Positions 48,026-56,951 of a DNA stretch of 64,000 nt are shown piece after piece. The notes beneath the pieces were generated by a model. That model ran no database searches. It was not told where the DNA came from and saw only the letters and a program-made list of their open reading frames with translations. The stretch comes from a virus. Each line of letters starts with the position of its first letter. Within the stretch, counting starts at the first letter, position 1. The stretch spans positions 1-64,000 of IMG/VR virus record IMGVR_UViG_3300030406_003049, one strand, 5' to 3'. Both the position numbers and the translations under genes were made by a program.

Positions 48026-49172
48026 TTAACTCAATCCTTTCATTTTCATTTGGTTTTTCTTTAAGATGGCTTTTGAGCGTATTAACTCTCGCCACCGTCA
48101 TATTATCATTCATAACTGCTAATGCTCTAGTGCAAAATTGGTCGCCTAGAGAAGAACCTCTAGCCATATTATCTATACAAATCGGCCCACTCCAATACCA
48201 ATTTTTAGTATTGGTTTCTTTATCAAATGTAAATTGTCTAACAAAGGTGGACACCATTTGAATATCCGACTTATATTTGTTATTAGTTAGTTTCCAATCA
48301 TAGTCATTACCTTTGATATACATTCTATCCGGTATTCCGGCTTCATCATAGAAGACTTTGATTCTATTCGGGAAATTACTTACCATTTCAGCAACCAACT
48401 CTCTAGCCTTACTTTCTACAATTTCATCGGTTCTGTTTTGCATTAGAAACGCTTTCATCATTTTAACATCGGACTCTCTAGGTTCTTTGTCCATCAACAT
48501 GCTATAAAGTCTCTTTAATCCGACTCTTCTAAATTTACTATTCTTTCTACCATGAATATAATATCCACAAAAAGACTGTAAATCTTTCATTGAGATATTA
48601 CCCCATACTCCATCACCAATCTCAATAGCAAACATCTTATCATCTATTTGAGCAACATTAAGTCTAACTTCCTGTCTATCAAAATCCTCATAGAAATGGT
48701 AAGGTATTCTATTTTCTAAAGCATACTTTACATCTTCCGGCAAACTTAATGAAGAAAACAAAGTCTTCATTAAAACCGTATTATCGTCAGTAAAGCATGA
48801 TTTGAACAATACCCTAGATAGCGCACTAGCAATAGTTTGCACACTTTCAGTTTGTCCGTTTAATCGGTATTTACCATTCTTTCTTGAAAGAGCAAATGGA
48901 CAGTCCTTAATCCAAATAACACCATCTAAATCTCCATCTCTAAATGTGCTACCACTAGCATTACTATATCCCCATCTAGTTACTCTAGGCTTTTGTAATA
49001 TAGTCTTGAACCATTTTTTCATAGCCGATTGAAGGGGGTCTTTGTATGACCTATCACTATATATTGTTTCTTGGCCTACTCCACCATGCCTACAAAGATT
49101 ACTTCTAACCAATGTTTTGTATGATTTTTGTTGGTCGTCGGGCGACATTATTCTTATATTTATTTCTCTCAT
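48012..49172 (-). CDS. Multidomain protein with putative C-terminal E2/UBC-like domain
   Basis: 'WSGPICIDN' resembles the E2 active-site 'GxICLD'; co-operonic with Ubl, E1 and JAB. Confidence 0.5.
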   Translation of the reverse strand: MREINIRIMSPDDQQKSYKTLVRSNLCRHGGVGQETIYSDRSYKDPLQSAMKKWFKTILQKPRVTRWGYSNASGSTFRDGDLDGVIWIKDCPFALSRKNGKYRLNGQTESVQTIASALSRVLFKSCFTDDNTVLMKTLFSSLSLPEDVKYALENRIPYHFYEDFDRQEVRLNVAQIDDKMFAIEIGDGVWGNISMKDLQSFCGYYIHGRKNSKFRRVGLKRLYSMLMDKEPRESDVKMMKAFLMQNRTDEIVESKARELVAEMVSNFPNRIKVFYDEAGIPDRMYIKGNDYDWKLTNNKYKSDIQMVSTFVRQFTFDKETNTKNWYWSGPICIDNMARGSSLGDQFCTRALAVMNDNMTVARVNTLKSHLKEKPNENERIELNEVS

Positions 49173-49176
49173 TTTA

Positions 49177-49344
49177 TCACATCATATATATTTTTGAATC
49201 TGATTTAGGCACACATTTTTTGTGCCTTTCTAATTTAATTTCTTCGGGCAATAATAGTTGCCCTCCGCATACACGGCATCTAGTAGCGATTCTTTTCTTA
49301 TACGCTCTATGGCTACTAACATAGTTCGGGTCTTTTTCTTTCAT
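49177..49344 (-). CDS. Small Zn-finger protein
   Basis: CRVCGGQL...E...HKKC; GGAG RBS before ATG 49344. Confidence 0.6.
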   Translation of the reverse strand: MKEKDPNYVSSHRAYKKRIATRCRVCGGQLLLPEEIKLERHKKCVPKSDSKIYMM

Positions 49345-49738
49345 ATAAATTACTCCAATTTTTATTAAATTCACATATTTTACATTCTTTTTCACAATTA
49401 ACATCGTGAAACTTGAAAGCCTCAAGTCTTATTGGGAAGTTTCTTTTTTTCCAACGAGTAAAGCCTTCATCAATAGCGGGTTCGTGATTCCACAATTCAT
49501 CATTAAGTATTTGGTTCAATAAGTATTTCTTGTTCATTCTTTCAGTATTCAACACATGAAAGAATTTTTTAATGTTATCGTCTTTTTCAAAGTTATCCTT
49601 AATATCATGGATAATAAATGAATATGCACACTTAGCATAGTCGTCAATATCAAGGTCAAGCACTATCTCACCAAATGGGGAGAGGGTATATTTCAACCCT
49701 CTCCCCCAAACACAATTCACAAGAAGATGAATTATCAA
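49316..49738 (-). CDS. Hypothetical protein with Cys-rich C-terminus
   Basis: 'HDVNCEKECKIC'; start uncertain. Confidence 0.55.
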   Translation of the reverse strand: MIIHLLVNCVWGRGLKYTLSPFGEIVLDLDIDDYAKCAYSFIIHDIKDNFEKDDNIKKFFHVLNTERMNKKYLLNQILNDELWNHEPAIDEGFTRWKKRNFPIRLEAFKFHDVNCEKECKICEFNKNWSNLYERKRPELC

Positions 49739-49750
49739 CTTATTCCTTGT

Positions 49751-49951
49751 TTAGCCACCAACGATAGCAGGGGTCAAATCAACCATTTCTACCGTGTCCC
49801 AATTGATTTCGTTGATAGTTTCACGGCTAACCATTACACCATCAACAAAAACCCAATGTGTCGGGTGTGTGTCTATCTGTTCAATTACTTCACTTGCCTC
49901 AAGTTGCGAAGTGTAGTGTCCCATTTCGTTCTGTATTCTCAATTTTATCAT
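49751..49951 (-). CDS. Ubiquitin-like (ThiS/SAMP beta-grasp) protein with C-terminal Gly-Gly
   Basis: 66 aa; 'VFVDG' and 'VDLTPAIVGG*' match the ThiS/MoaD/SAMP pattern; AGGAG RBS. Confidence 0.85.
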   Translation of the reverse strand: MIKLRIQNEMGHYTSQLEASEVIEQIDTHPTHWVFVDGVMVSRETINEINWDTVEMVDLTPAIVGG

Positions 49952-49986
49952 ATCTATTTCTCCTGTTTTCTCTTCTTTTTAATCAC

Positions 49987-49994
49987 TATTTAAA
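49987..49994 (-). promoter_or_regulatory. Archaeal TATA box heading the Ubl operon
   Basis: TTTAAATA on the minus strand; the 21-nt spacing seen at other promoters places the TSS just before the RBS. Confidence 0.5.
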
Positions 49995-50048
49995 GCGAGC
50001 CTGATTTTAGGCAGGGCTTTGATTAATGAAATTAAATTAATAATCAAT

Positions 50049-50315
50049 TTAATCTTCACCCCTACCGTTTATTTGTCTTTGCGTGTCATTATCATCAATT
50101 TCAAATATTCTTTGTTCCCTCAAATATCCATCTAAAATCATATCAATTTTTTCCGGCAGGGCTTCAAAGATACCTAAGATTAATCGTCTATTTAAAGACA
50201 ACCATATTTTATGTTGAGTATTCAACACAACCTTTGGTTCATCGTCTTCATTCATTGAAATTACCATTGGAGGTAATTCTATATCTTGCACTATTTTAAA
50301 TTCTACTTTTCTCAT
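50049..50315 (-). CDS. Hypothetical protein
   Basis: AGGAG RBS. Confidence 0.65.
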   Translation of the reverse strand: MRKVEFKIVQDIELPPMVISMNEDDEPKVVLNTQHKIWLSLNRRLILGIFEALPEKIDMILDGYLREQRIFEIDDNDTQRQINGRGED

Positions 50316-50327
50316 TTCTATTTCTCC

Positions 50328-50645
50328 TTATACACAATTGAAATACATCAGTAATCCTCTAATATCTTTAGATTCTACCATGCTTTCAAGTTCTCTAAAA
50401 TCACCATAGTATTCTTGTTTGTAGCCTCTTTGCTCATGTAGAATCATCATTTTGTTAGTTAATGATTGAATGAGTTTTTGTTTACTAACATTACTAAGCA
50501 ATTTGTTTATTTTAATCATCAATTCTCTTTCCTCGTATTCTTTCGCCATACAATCGGTGCATTGTTCTTTCTGCATAACATCATGTCCTATTGAAAAAAC
50601 ATCTACCCAACCGACTCCATCGCATGTTTCACATTTATATTTCAT
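50328..50645 (-). CDS. Zn-finger hypothetical protein
   Basis: CETCDGVG...CTDC. Confidence 0.65.
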   Translation of the reverse strand: MKYKCETCDGVGWVDVFSIGHDVMQKEQCTDCMAKEYEERELMIKINKLLSNVSKQKLIQSLTNKMMILHEQRGYKQEYYGDFRELESMVESKDIRGLLMYFNCV

Positions 50646-50778
50646 TTGTTATTCCTCTCCTCTCTTAATTCTTCTATTACTTCTAACATCGTATCTAAAT
50701 CAACATCTATTCCATTCTTTAGTTCTTGCACTTGAGAATGCAACCATTCTAATTTGAAGTTAATTACAAAATCATTAC

Positions 50779-51417
50779 TCATTGTTCCACCTTCAATAAT
50801 TTCAAGTCAGCACCAAATTGTTCATTGAATGCTTTTATTTCTTCATTGTATTTGATTGCATAATGACTCTTAGGCCACCATTCCGGTGTTCTATCTTGCC
50901 TCCATTCAGCAAACTTCCACTTACCTTCAAGGTAATAATGCCTATAAGAATCAATTACATATTCCCAACAATGTTCACCATACTCGTTATCTATCCTATA
51001 CTCATCAGCCATAGCAATATCAACGGGTGTTGCTAGTTTAGAATCACCATCATACTCTATTGGAGTAGATAATATTCTACTATAAGTCCCATGAGTCTTA
51101 CCATATCTATATGTGTATTCAGCACACAAAGCAATAGAATGTTCAAATAACCACATAGTATTGTGGATATTTTTTCTAGCCCAAATAGTGCTAGGGTGAT
51201 TAAGCATAGCGGGTTTCATTAGAGTTGATTCTATTTCTTCATGGTATTCTTTGAGTCTTCTTAGACTTGGTTCATATCCGTATCTATCAGCAAACTCATT
51301 AAACAAAGCATTAGTATGTAGCATTTGACAACTTTCAGTCGGCATCTTAACTATGTGCTTATCTAACATTTGTTTTGCTGATTCAATCGGGTCTTTTGAT
51401 AGTGCAAATATATTCAT
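50779..51417 (-). CDS. denV: Pyrimidine-dimer DNA glycosylase (T4 endonuclease V family)
   Basis: 'MNIF.L..DP', 'DKHIVKM..ES.QML', 'HPSTIW', 'EYTYRYGK.H', 'YRHYY'. Confidence 0.8.
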   Translation of the reverse strand: MNIFALSKDPIESAKQMLDKHIVKMPTESCQMLHTNALFNEFADRYGYEPSLRRLKEYHEEIESTLMKPAMLNHPSTIWARKNIHNTMWLFEHSIALCAEYTYRYGKTHGTYSRILSTPIEYDGDSKLATPVDIAMADEYRIDNEYGEHCWEYVIDSYRHYYLEGKWKFAEWRQDRTPEWWPKSHYAIKYNEEIKAFNEQFGADLKLLKVEQ

Positions 51418-51508
51418 TCTTCTTCACCCCTATCATCTTCTAATATTCCCCATGATACCATAAGTTCAATTAAGTCTTCTTTACTCTTATATTCGCAATC
51501 GCTAACCT

Positions 51509-51727
51509 TCATTGTTCAATCCTCTCCTGTTGGCTTTCTAAGGTAATTATGGTGTTAATTAGTTGCTCTCTAGCATTGTCATAATTGCCTTCATCTAGGT
51601 GCATTAATGCGGCATATACCATACCGATAGTTCCTTTGACTATATCATCAATATAGCCTTTCAATCTTTGACATTGTTCATTCAAAGTTTTTTGGACTTC
51701 TTCTAATATTTTTTCTTTATCATTCAT
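51509..51727 (-). CDS. Hypothetical protein
   Basis: GGTGA RBS. Confidence 0.6.
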   Translation of the reverse strand: MNDKEKILEEVQKTLNEQCQRLKGYIDDIVKGTIGMVYAALMHLDEGNYDNAREQLINTIITLESQQERIEQ

Positions 51728-51963
51728 TTTTTCTCACCTTGTAATTCTTTCATGTGTTCAACTATACTTTCTCTTGAAGTATCATACCCACATGATGTGC
51801 ATTGAATAGATGGTGGTTCGCCATCGTTAGTCCATTCCCTTAGAACATGACCGTCAAACTCTAAGTCGCCATCATCATTCATATACACAGAATAGTGTTG
51901 AAATACGCATTCAACAGATACCATGTTTTCTTTACCGCACATAGGGCATACTAATTCTTTCAT
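51724..51963 (-). CDS. Zn-ribbon protein
   Basis: CPMC...CTSC. Confidence 0.65.
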   Translation of the reverse strand: MKELVCPMCGKENMVSVECVFQHYSVYMNDDGDLEFDGHVLREWTNDGEPPSIQCTSCGYDTSRESIVEHMKELQGEKK

Positions 51964-52181
51964 TCAATCACCTTCTTTTGTGTCCAGTATTGGTAAGATA
52001 ACAAAGCCAAAAGCATTCCATTGTAATTAATAGGGCTACAATTCTCTTTGAAATGATTTAATCCCATATCTAATGCTTCCGTTGCTCTCTTTAGATACTC
52101 GGTCTTTGTTTCTTTATCGGTTGCATCAAATACATTACCAAAACCATCTTCTAGTATTTTCCATATTTCTTCTTCATTCAT
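51960..52181 (-). CDS. Hypothetical protein
   Basis: Coupled ORF. Confidence 0.6.
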   Translation of the reverse strand: MNEEEIWKILEDGFGNVFDATDKETKTEYLKRATEALDMGLNHFKENCSPINYNGMLLALLSYQYWTQKKVIE

Positions 52182-52183
52182 TT

Positions 52184-52411
52184 TTATTTTCCCTCCTCAT
52201 TCCAAACAACATTGTTCCAATCTTCGTCTGTCCAATGGTCTGTTAATTGTTCATATCTAGCATATATACGATTAAGTTCTTTACGCAAGCGTTGGACTTG
52301 TGCAAGTGCTTTTTGATATTCTGCAAATATGAATGCTTGAAAAGAACCCATTGGTTCTTCCATCAACACCCATTCTTCATAGGCTTGTTCGTGTTTGTCT
52401 ATGTCAGTCAT
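52184..52411 (-). CDS. Hypothetical protein
   Basis: AGGAG RBS. Confidence 0.6.
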   Translation of the reverse strand: MTDIDKHEQAYEEWVLMEEPMGSFQAFIFAEYQKALAQVQRLRKELNRIYARYEQLTDHWTDEDWNNVVWNEEGK

Positions 52412-52753
52412 TTAATCATCTCCTGTTTAGATAACTCATAGGCTTTGTATGGGGATATTCCCGAAGCCGTAAGTATTCTACATATTCCTATTCTTTTTTC
52501 TTCCATAGAAACAAGCCTGTTTAGATATTCGGGCTTATATAATCTATGATTTATTGTTGGTATTACATCTTTCATTTTCATTTTTATTCCTCTCTTTTAA
52601 GTAATTCTTGAGTTATCGCTTGCATCAGTGAAAACTCGTATTTACAATCAAATCTAAGTTGATTGTAAAGACTCAACAAAGTTTCACTTTCCATAGTGAG
52701 TATCTCAAATTTATTCGGTAGCGTTGAATACATATCTCTTACAAATTTCATTT

Positions 52754-52993
52754 TTATTCCTCCTTTACTGCGGGTGGTATGTAGTCTTTGTCATATATCT
52801 CAAATAGTTCTATATGACAATGACTACATAGTTGGACTAGAATATTGTTTTCTGTTTCTTCTAGTTCTATAGTTTTGATTTCCATAAATACCATATGTGA
52901 AGCCATTAGACCGCACTTATAGCATTTAGGAACTTTCTCTTTTTGTTCTTTTACAAAGAACTTCTTTATCCAGTCAAACAACTCAATCACCAA
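52754..52993 (-). CDS. Zn-binding hypothetical protein
   Basis: CYKC...CSHC. Confidence 0.55.
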   Translation of the reverse strand: MVIELFDWIKKFFVKEQKEKVPKCYKCGLMASHMVFMEIKTIELEETENNILVQLCSHCHIELFEIYDKDYIPPAVKEE

Positions 52994-52996
52994 GAA

Positions 52997-53185
52997 TCAT
53001 ATTTGACCCTTGAAGAATTTTTTGTAGGCTTCAATAAACTTTCTTGCTCTTAGATGTTTATTATCATCAAGAAACTTATCAAATTCTTTTATTAGCCCAA
53101 CAAGATATTCCCCATCTTTATTCAAATCTTCTTTCGGCTTAGAGCGTGTCTGTCTCTTATTGTTAGTTTTCTTCTTTTGTGTCAT
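52997..53185 (-). CDS. Hypothetical basic protein
   Basis: GGTGA RBS; coupled ORF. Confidence 0.55.
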   Translation of the reverse strand: MTQKKKTNNKRQTRSKPKEDLNKDGEYLVGLIKEFDKFLDDNKHLRARKFIEAYKKFFKGQI

Positions 53186-54522
53186 TGTTTCTCACCATCA
53201 AAAGTCCCATAATTATTCTTATTAGAAATTAGAATACTTGCTTGCCTCTTTGCTATCGTAGTCAAATCGCCCTTATAGCCTAAAGACTTCAAATATTCTA
53301 CTTGCTTATGAGTAGCAGGTTCATTAGTGCAAATACTCTTAAGTCGTTGTAGTTGATTTGGTGTTAAGTCAGTTCCTCTAGCAAGTTTATTTCTAAGGTC
53401 TATTAAGAAACCGGATTCCCATACAGAAATGGGGTAGTTTCCATCAAATACCGGAAGTCCGTAGTAATCACACATGTTCTTAAATTCACTAATCTCATTG
53501 TTGTTAAACATGGACAAATCATTCAAAGTTTTCCTGTCCTGTAGAAGTTTATCAGCATTGTCAATTTTAGCCTGTGCCTTTTGCTCGGCTTCTCTAATCT
53601 TGCGTTCTTCTTCTCTTTTCGCTCTTTCTTCTCTAGCAATTCTTTGTCTTTCAGCAAATCTTTGTTGGGCTTCTTCCCTTCTTTTTCGTTCTGCTTCTTC
53701 CCTTTGCTTTTTCTTGACTGTCATTTCAGCAAGTCTAGCATCTTCGGCTTCTAATACACGCTTATGTTTTATATCATACATAGCATGAAAATAATTTAAG
53801 TCAGCCCATAGTTTATCATTAGGATAGCCTCTAGTTATTTGTTGATTCTTAGGATTGTTAGGGTGATTCCATCTCCATGTTATTGAAGACATTTGGTAAT
53901 TAGCATCACCCATTTTACCACTACCTCTCTTTAAGATTTGAAGTCTGTATTTATATCTGCTATCAGTATAACACCAATACATATCTTTACGCTTACTATT
54001 AATTCTCAAGTCAGCCTCTTTGATTTTATCAAACATTTGAGTAAAGTGTTCGCCATGTTTATCCCACCAAGCGGTAGCAATCATAGATTGAGTTCTTTCA
54101 TCAATCCACTTTTGAATCATCTCGTCGGTAATGTATTCCTCACTTAGTCCCGTTCTTTCCTTAATTTCTCTAAGGATAAGATAAGAACCGATGTGTTCAC
54201 TACCTACGCATTCTTCATTACCATTCTCGGTGTTTCTAATTTTAAAATGATAGACAACTCTATGTCCACAAAGACATTTACCCTCATGCTCATTTACCCA
54301 TGATGGGACTTCTTCATCTAAAGTGTCCGGTCTTCTAAACCACACTTCTCCGGTAGCAATCCATTCTTCTTTTGCTTCTTCGTAGTTGTCTGCGTTAGAT
54401 AATGCTACCATGTTAGCCATTAGTTTTCTATCCCAATGTCCATCACCTAGACTTCTTTTGAACTTGATAGTTCCATCGCTATTCATATAACTCTCGCTAC
54501 TTAATTCTTCTTCTCTTTCCAT
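53182..54522 (-). CDS. Hypothetical protein with Zn-binding motif and charged coiled coil
   Basis: 'CLCGH...VGSEHI', E/R/K helix, C-terminal 'PATHKQVEYL..LGY'; GGAGG RBS. Confidence 0.75.
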   Translation of the reverse strand: MEREEELSSESYMNSDGTIKFKRSLGDGHWDRKLMANMVALSNADNYEEAKEEWIATGEVWFRRPDTLDEEVPSWVNEHEGKCLCGHRVVYHFKIRNTENGNEECVGSEHIGSYLILREIKERTGLSEEYITDEMIQKWIDERTQSMIATAWWDKHGEHFTQMFDKIKEADLRINSKRKDMYWCYTDSRYKYRLQILKRGSGKMGDANYQMSSITWRWNHPNNPKNQQITRGYPNDKLWADLNYFHAMYDIKHKRVLEAEDARLAEMTVKKKQREEAERKRREEAQQRFAERQRIAREERAKREEERKIREAEQKAQAKIDNADKLLQDRKTLNDLSMFNNNEISEFKNMCDYYGLPVFDGNYPISVWESGFLIDLRNKLARGTDLTPNQLQRLKSICTNEPATHKQVEYLKSLGYKGDLTTIAKRQASILISNKNNYGTFDGEKQ

Positions 54523-54538
54523 TTTTATTCCTCCAAAT

Positions 54539-55972
54539 TCAGTTTTTTGGGCGTGGCCCACAATAATATAGATTTCTCTTTGCTCTTGTTATAGCAACAT
54601 AACAAATGTTTCTTTCCTCTTGCATATTAGATGCTTTAGGGTGAGGCATTCTTTCAGTTGCTAGAATAAACACATTATCTGCTTCAAGACCTTTAGCCTT
54701 GTGAACAGTTGATAGTTGAATATCTCCTTTTGATTTACTGTTAAACAGTCTTTCAATTTCTGTGATTATTCCACCAACAAATTCAGCCTTTGATGCAAAT
54801 ATCTTAACACATTCATATTTGTCAGTTAGTGTGTTTGCTTGATTTTGCTTTTCAGCCTTAACCAACTTGTTGTATTCAGCAGTATAGTTAGTGTTAAGCA
54901 ATTCAAGGAAATCACTTGAGGTCATTCCTTTGTTCTTGGTAATTTTATTTACATAGTTTACCAAACCTTTGTGCATATCTCTACCTAGAATGTAGGCTGA
55001 TTTACCTTGAGTAATTAAATCATAAAATGCACTAACTAGTGGTGCATTATATCTACACAAAACCATATCTCCCTTTTGTGGGTTTAGATATGCGTTTACA
55101 TGAACATTACCAGTTTCAGCAGTTTCTAAACAATTGAAATCTTTGACATATCTGTTTGCTTCTGCAACTACTAACTTAGGACATCTCCATGTTAGAGTTA
55201 ATCCAAACTCTACAACAGTTTTACCCTTCGCTTCTAGTTGATTCTTGAAGATAGCAATACTTCCGCTATCTGCTCCTCTAAAGCCATAAATAGCCTGATT
55301 CTTGTCTCCAACAATAATACATCTACCGTTTTTCGTGCAAGCCAAAACTAGTTGTCTTTGCATTTCATTGAAGTCTTGTGCTTCATCAACAAATAGAATA
55401 TCAAATTGAGGTAGAGGCATGTCCATTACCAATGGTAGCCAAATCATATCATCAAAGTCTATCTCGTTTGTTATGAGTTTACATTCGTCAAGTATTTGAC
55501 ATACTGCACCAACTCCCATTACTTCTTCACGGTCATTAGCGAACTCAATATTGTATTCGTCAATCAACTTATAGATTTCTTTTTCATCGGTGCAATCAAT
55601 CATTGAACCCTTGACTAAACTAATTAGTTTGACAAGTGGTTGTGCTTGATAATCACGGCCAAAGATACCATCAATGATATTCTTTACTTTCCAGTTGTTT
55701 ACTCTAGTGTTGCCTACTGCATCTCTAACTGCTTTCATACCTAGTGCATGAAATGTCTTTGCTTCTACATGTTCGGGTAGTCTTTCAGCAAGTTCAGTTG
55801 CGATAGATTTGTTAAATGCTAAGAATCCCATTCTTGGGGCATTTGCTCTATTAGCACCTTCTACGATTGTGAAAGTCTTACCTGTTCCTGCACCGGCATT
55901 GACTATTACATCATTATCAGTATTCACTATTTCATTCCATATTTTTTCTTGTTCTTCTGTTCCTTTTATCAT
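54539..55972 (-). CDS. SF1 UvrD/Rep-like helicase
   Basis: 'AGAGTGKT', 'AFNK', 'TFHAL', 'VDEAQD', 'GDKNQAIYGFRGA', 'STVHKAKGLE', 'YVAITRA'. Confidence 0.95.
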   Translation of the reverse strand: MIKGTEEQEKIWNEIVNTDNDVIVNAGAGTGKTFTIVEGANRANAPRMGFLAFNKSIATELAERLPEHVEAKTFHALGMKAVRDAVGNTRVNNWKVKNIIDGIFGRDYQAQPLVKLISLVKGSMIDCTDEKEIYKLIDEYNIEFANDREEVMGVGAVCQILDECKLITNEIDFDDMIWLPLVMDMPLPQFDILFVDEAQDFNEMQRQLVLACTKNGRCIIVGDKNQAIYGFRGADSGSIAIFKNQLEAKGKTVVEFGLTLTWRCPKLVVAEANRYVKDFNCLETAETGNVHVNAYLNPQKGDMVLCRYNAPLVSAFYDLITQGKSAYILGRDMHKGLVNYVNKITKNKGMTSSDFLELLNTNYTAEYNKLVKAEKQNQANTLTDKYECVKIFASKAEFVGGIITEIERLFNSKSKGDIQLSTVHKAKGLEADNVFILATERMPHPKASNMQEERNICYVAITRAKRNLYYCGPRPKN

Positions 55973-55989
55973 TTTTATTCACCATTTTT

Positions 55990-56210
55990 ATTTCGGGTGG
56001 AGTGCGAGGTGGCCGACTAAATATAAGCATCACATGTTCCCCCCGAAACATGGTAAATTATTAGAGAGCGAGGTGATATAAAATTCTCTCTCACAATAAA
56101 CTTCATTGTTGCGCCTTGCTTTATTATCTAGCCGACCATTTGAAACACTTAACAGTAGATAGTCAAACTATCACCGTTAAATGTGAGGGGCGAAGTCGGA
56201 TTCCGACCTC
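55990..56210 (-). ncRNA. Candidate structured RNA or long structured leader
   Basis: Non-coding, relatively GC-rich; TATA at 56231-56238; several nested stems with G-U pairs on the minus strand. Confidence 0.5.
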
Positions 56211-56286
56211 ATCAAAGAGGGGGTGGATAGTATATAAAGGGGGGGCGAAACCTCCCGACCCTTGATTTTTAACGGAGATAGTAAAA

Positions 56287-56757
56287 TTACTCGTCTTCAA
56301 CGGGCGTTAGCCCTGCTACCGTTCCGTCCCACTTCCCATCTCGGAACTCTTTTTTGAGCCTCGTCATTAGTCGCTTTTTGTTCGCATTGGCGAACTCTTT
56401 GTTTGTCTTATAGAAGCCACCGCCTGATTTCTTATGTCTTGGCGTGATGAATCTAATCACAGGGTCATGCTCCATGTAGTCAAGCGAAGCCGAAAACATC
56501 TTCTTGCCTAATTGCTCTACCACTACCCTTACTTTAGCGGGAAGGTCGCTCTTGTTTCCTTTGTGAAAGGGTGTCCCTTCCTTGTCTTTCAGCAAAGCCT
56601 TCATTGACTTTACAACACCATCTCTTGCCTTTTCATCATTTTGCCCTACTTCAAGGTTCAACTTCAAGACTTGAATTAGTCCACTTGAAATGTCAGCCCC
56701 CGAATCTAGGTATTCTTCCACATCTAACTTAATGTGAGTCCATGTATTGTCGTCCAT
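56287..56757 (-). CDS. Cassette-family protein, member 1 (divergent)
   Basis: Shares 'LP..V', 'HxKSGGG.(Y/F)' and 'W(D/N)G' with 58649-59107 and 60121-60615. Confidence 0.75.
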   Translation of the reverse strand: MDDNTWTHIKLDVEEYLDSGADISSGLIQVLKLNLEVGQNDEKARDGVVKSMKALLKDKEGTPFHKGNKSDLPAKVRVVVEQLGKKMFSASLDYMEHDPVIRFITPRHKKSGGGFYKTNKEFANANKKRLMTRLKKEFRDGKWDGTVAGLTPVEDE

Positions 56758-56951
56758 TAATTCATCTACAGGTCATTGACATATAAAACAGGCTTTAATC
56801 ATTAAAATGAAAAAATAGGGGTGAGTATTGTTATCAAACTTTACATTACATTTTAAAATAAATCAATTAACACTATTCTCCTTAATTTAAGCACTAATGA
56901 AGTTTATGTGACTACAAACCTGCACCACAAAGTAAAGTGTGTTTGTATAGA

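Noticed and set aside
45757-49951. Thiamine or molybdopterin biosynthesis (ThiF/ThiS)
   Set aside because: No thiG, moaE or sulfurtransferase nearby; JAB and E2-like genes favour conjugation, though sulfur transfer is not formally excluded
56190-56216. Hammerhead ribozyme or C/D box sRNA suggested by UGAUGA
   Set aside because: No GAAA after the stem, no matching D box, and the motif straddles the predicted TSS
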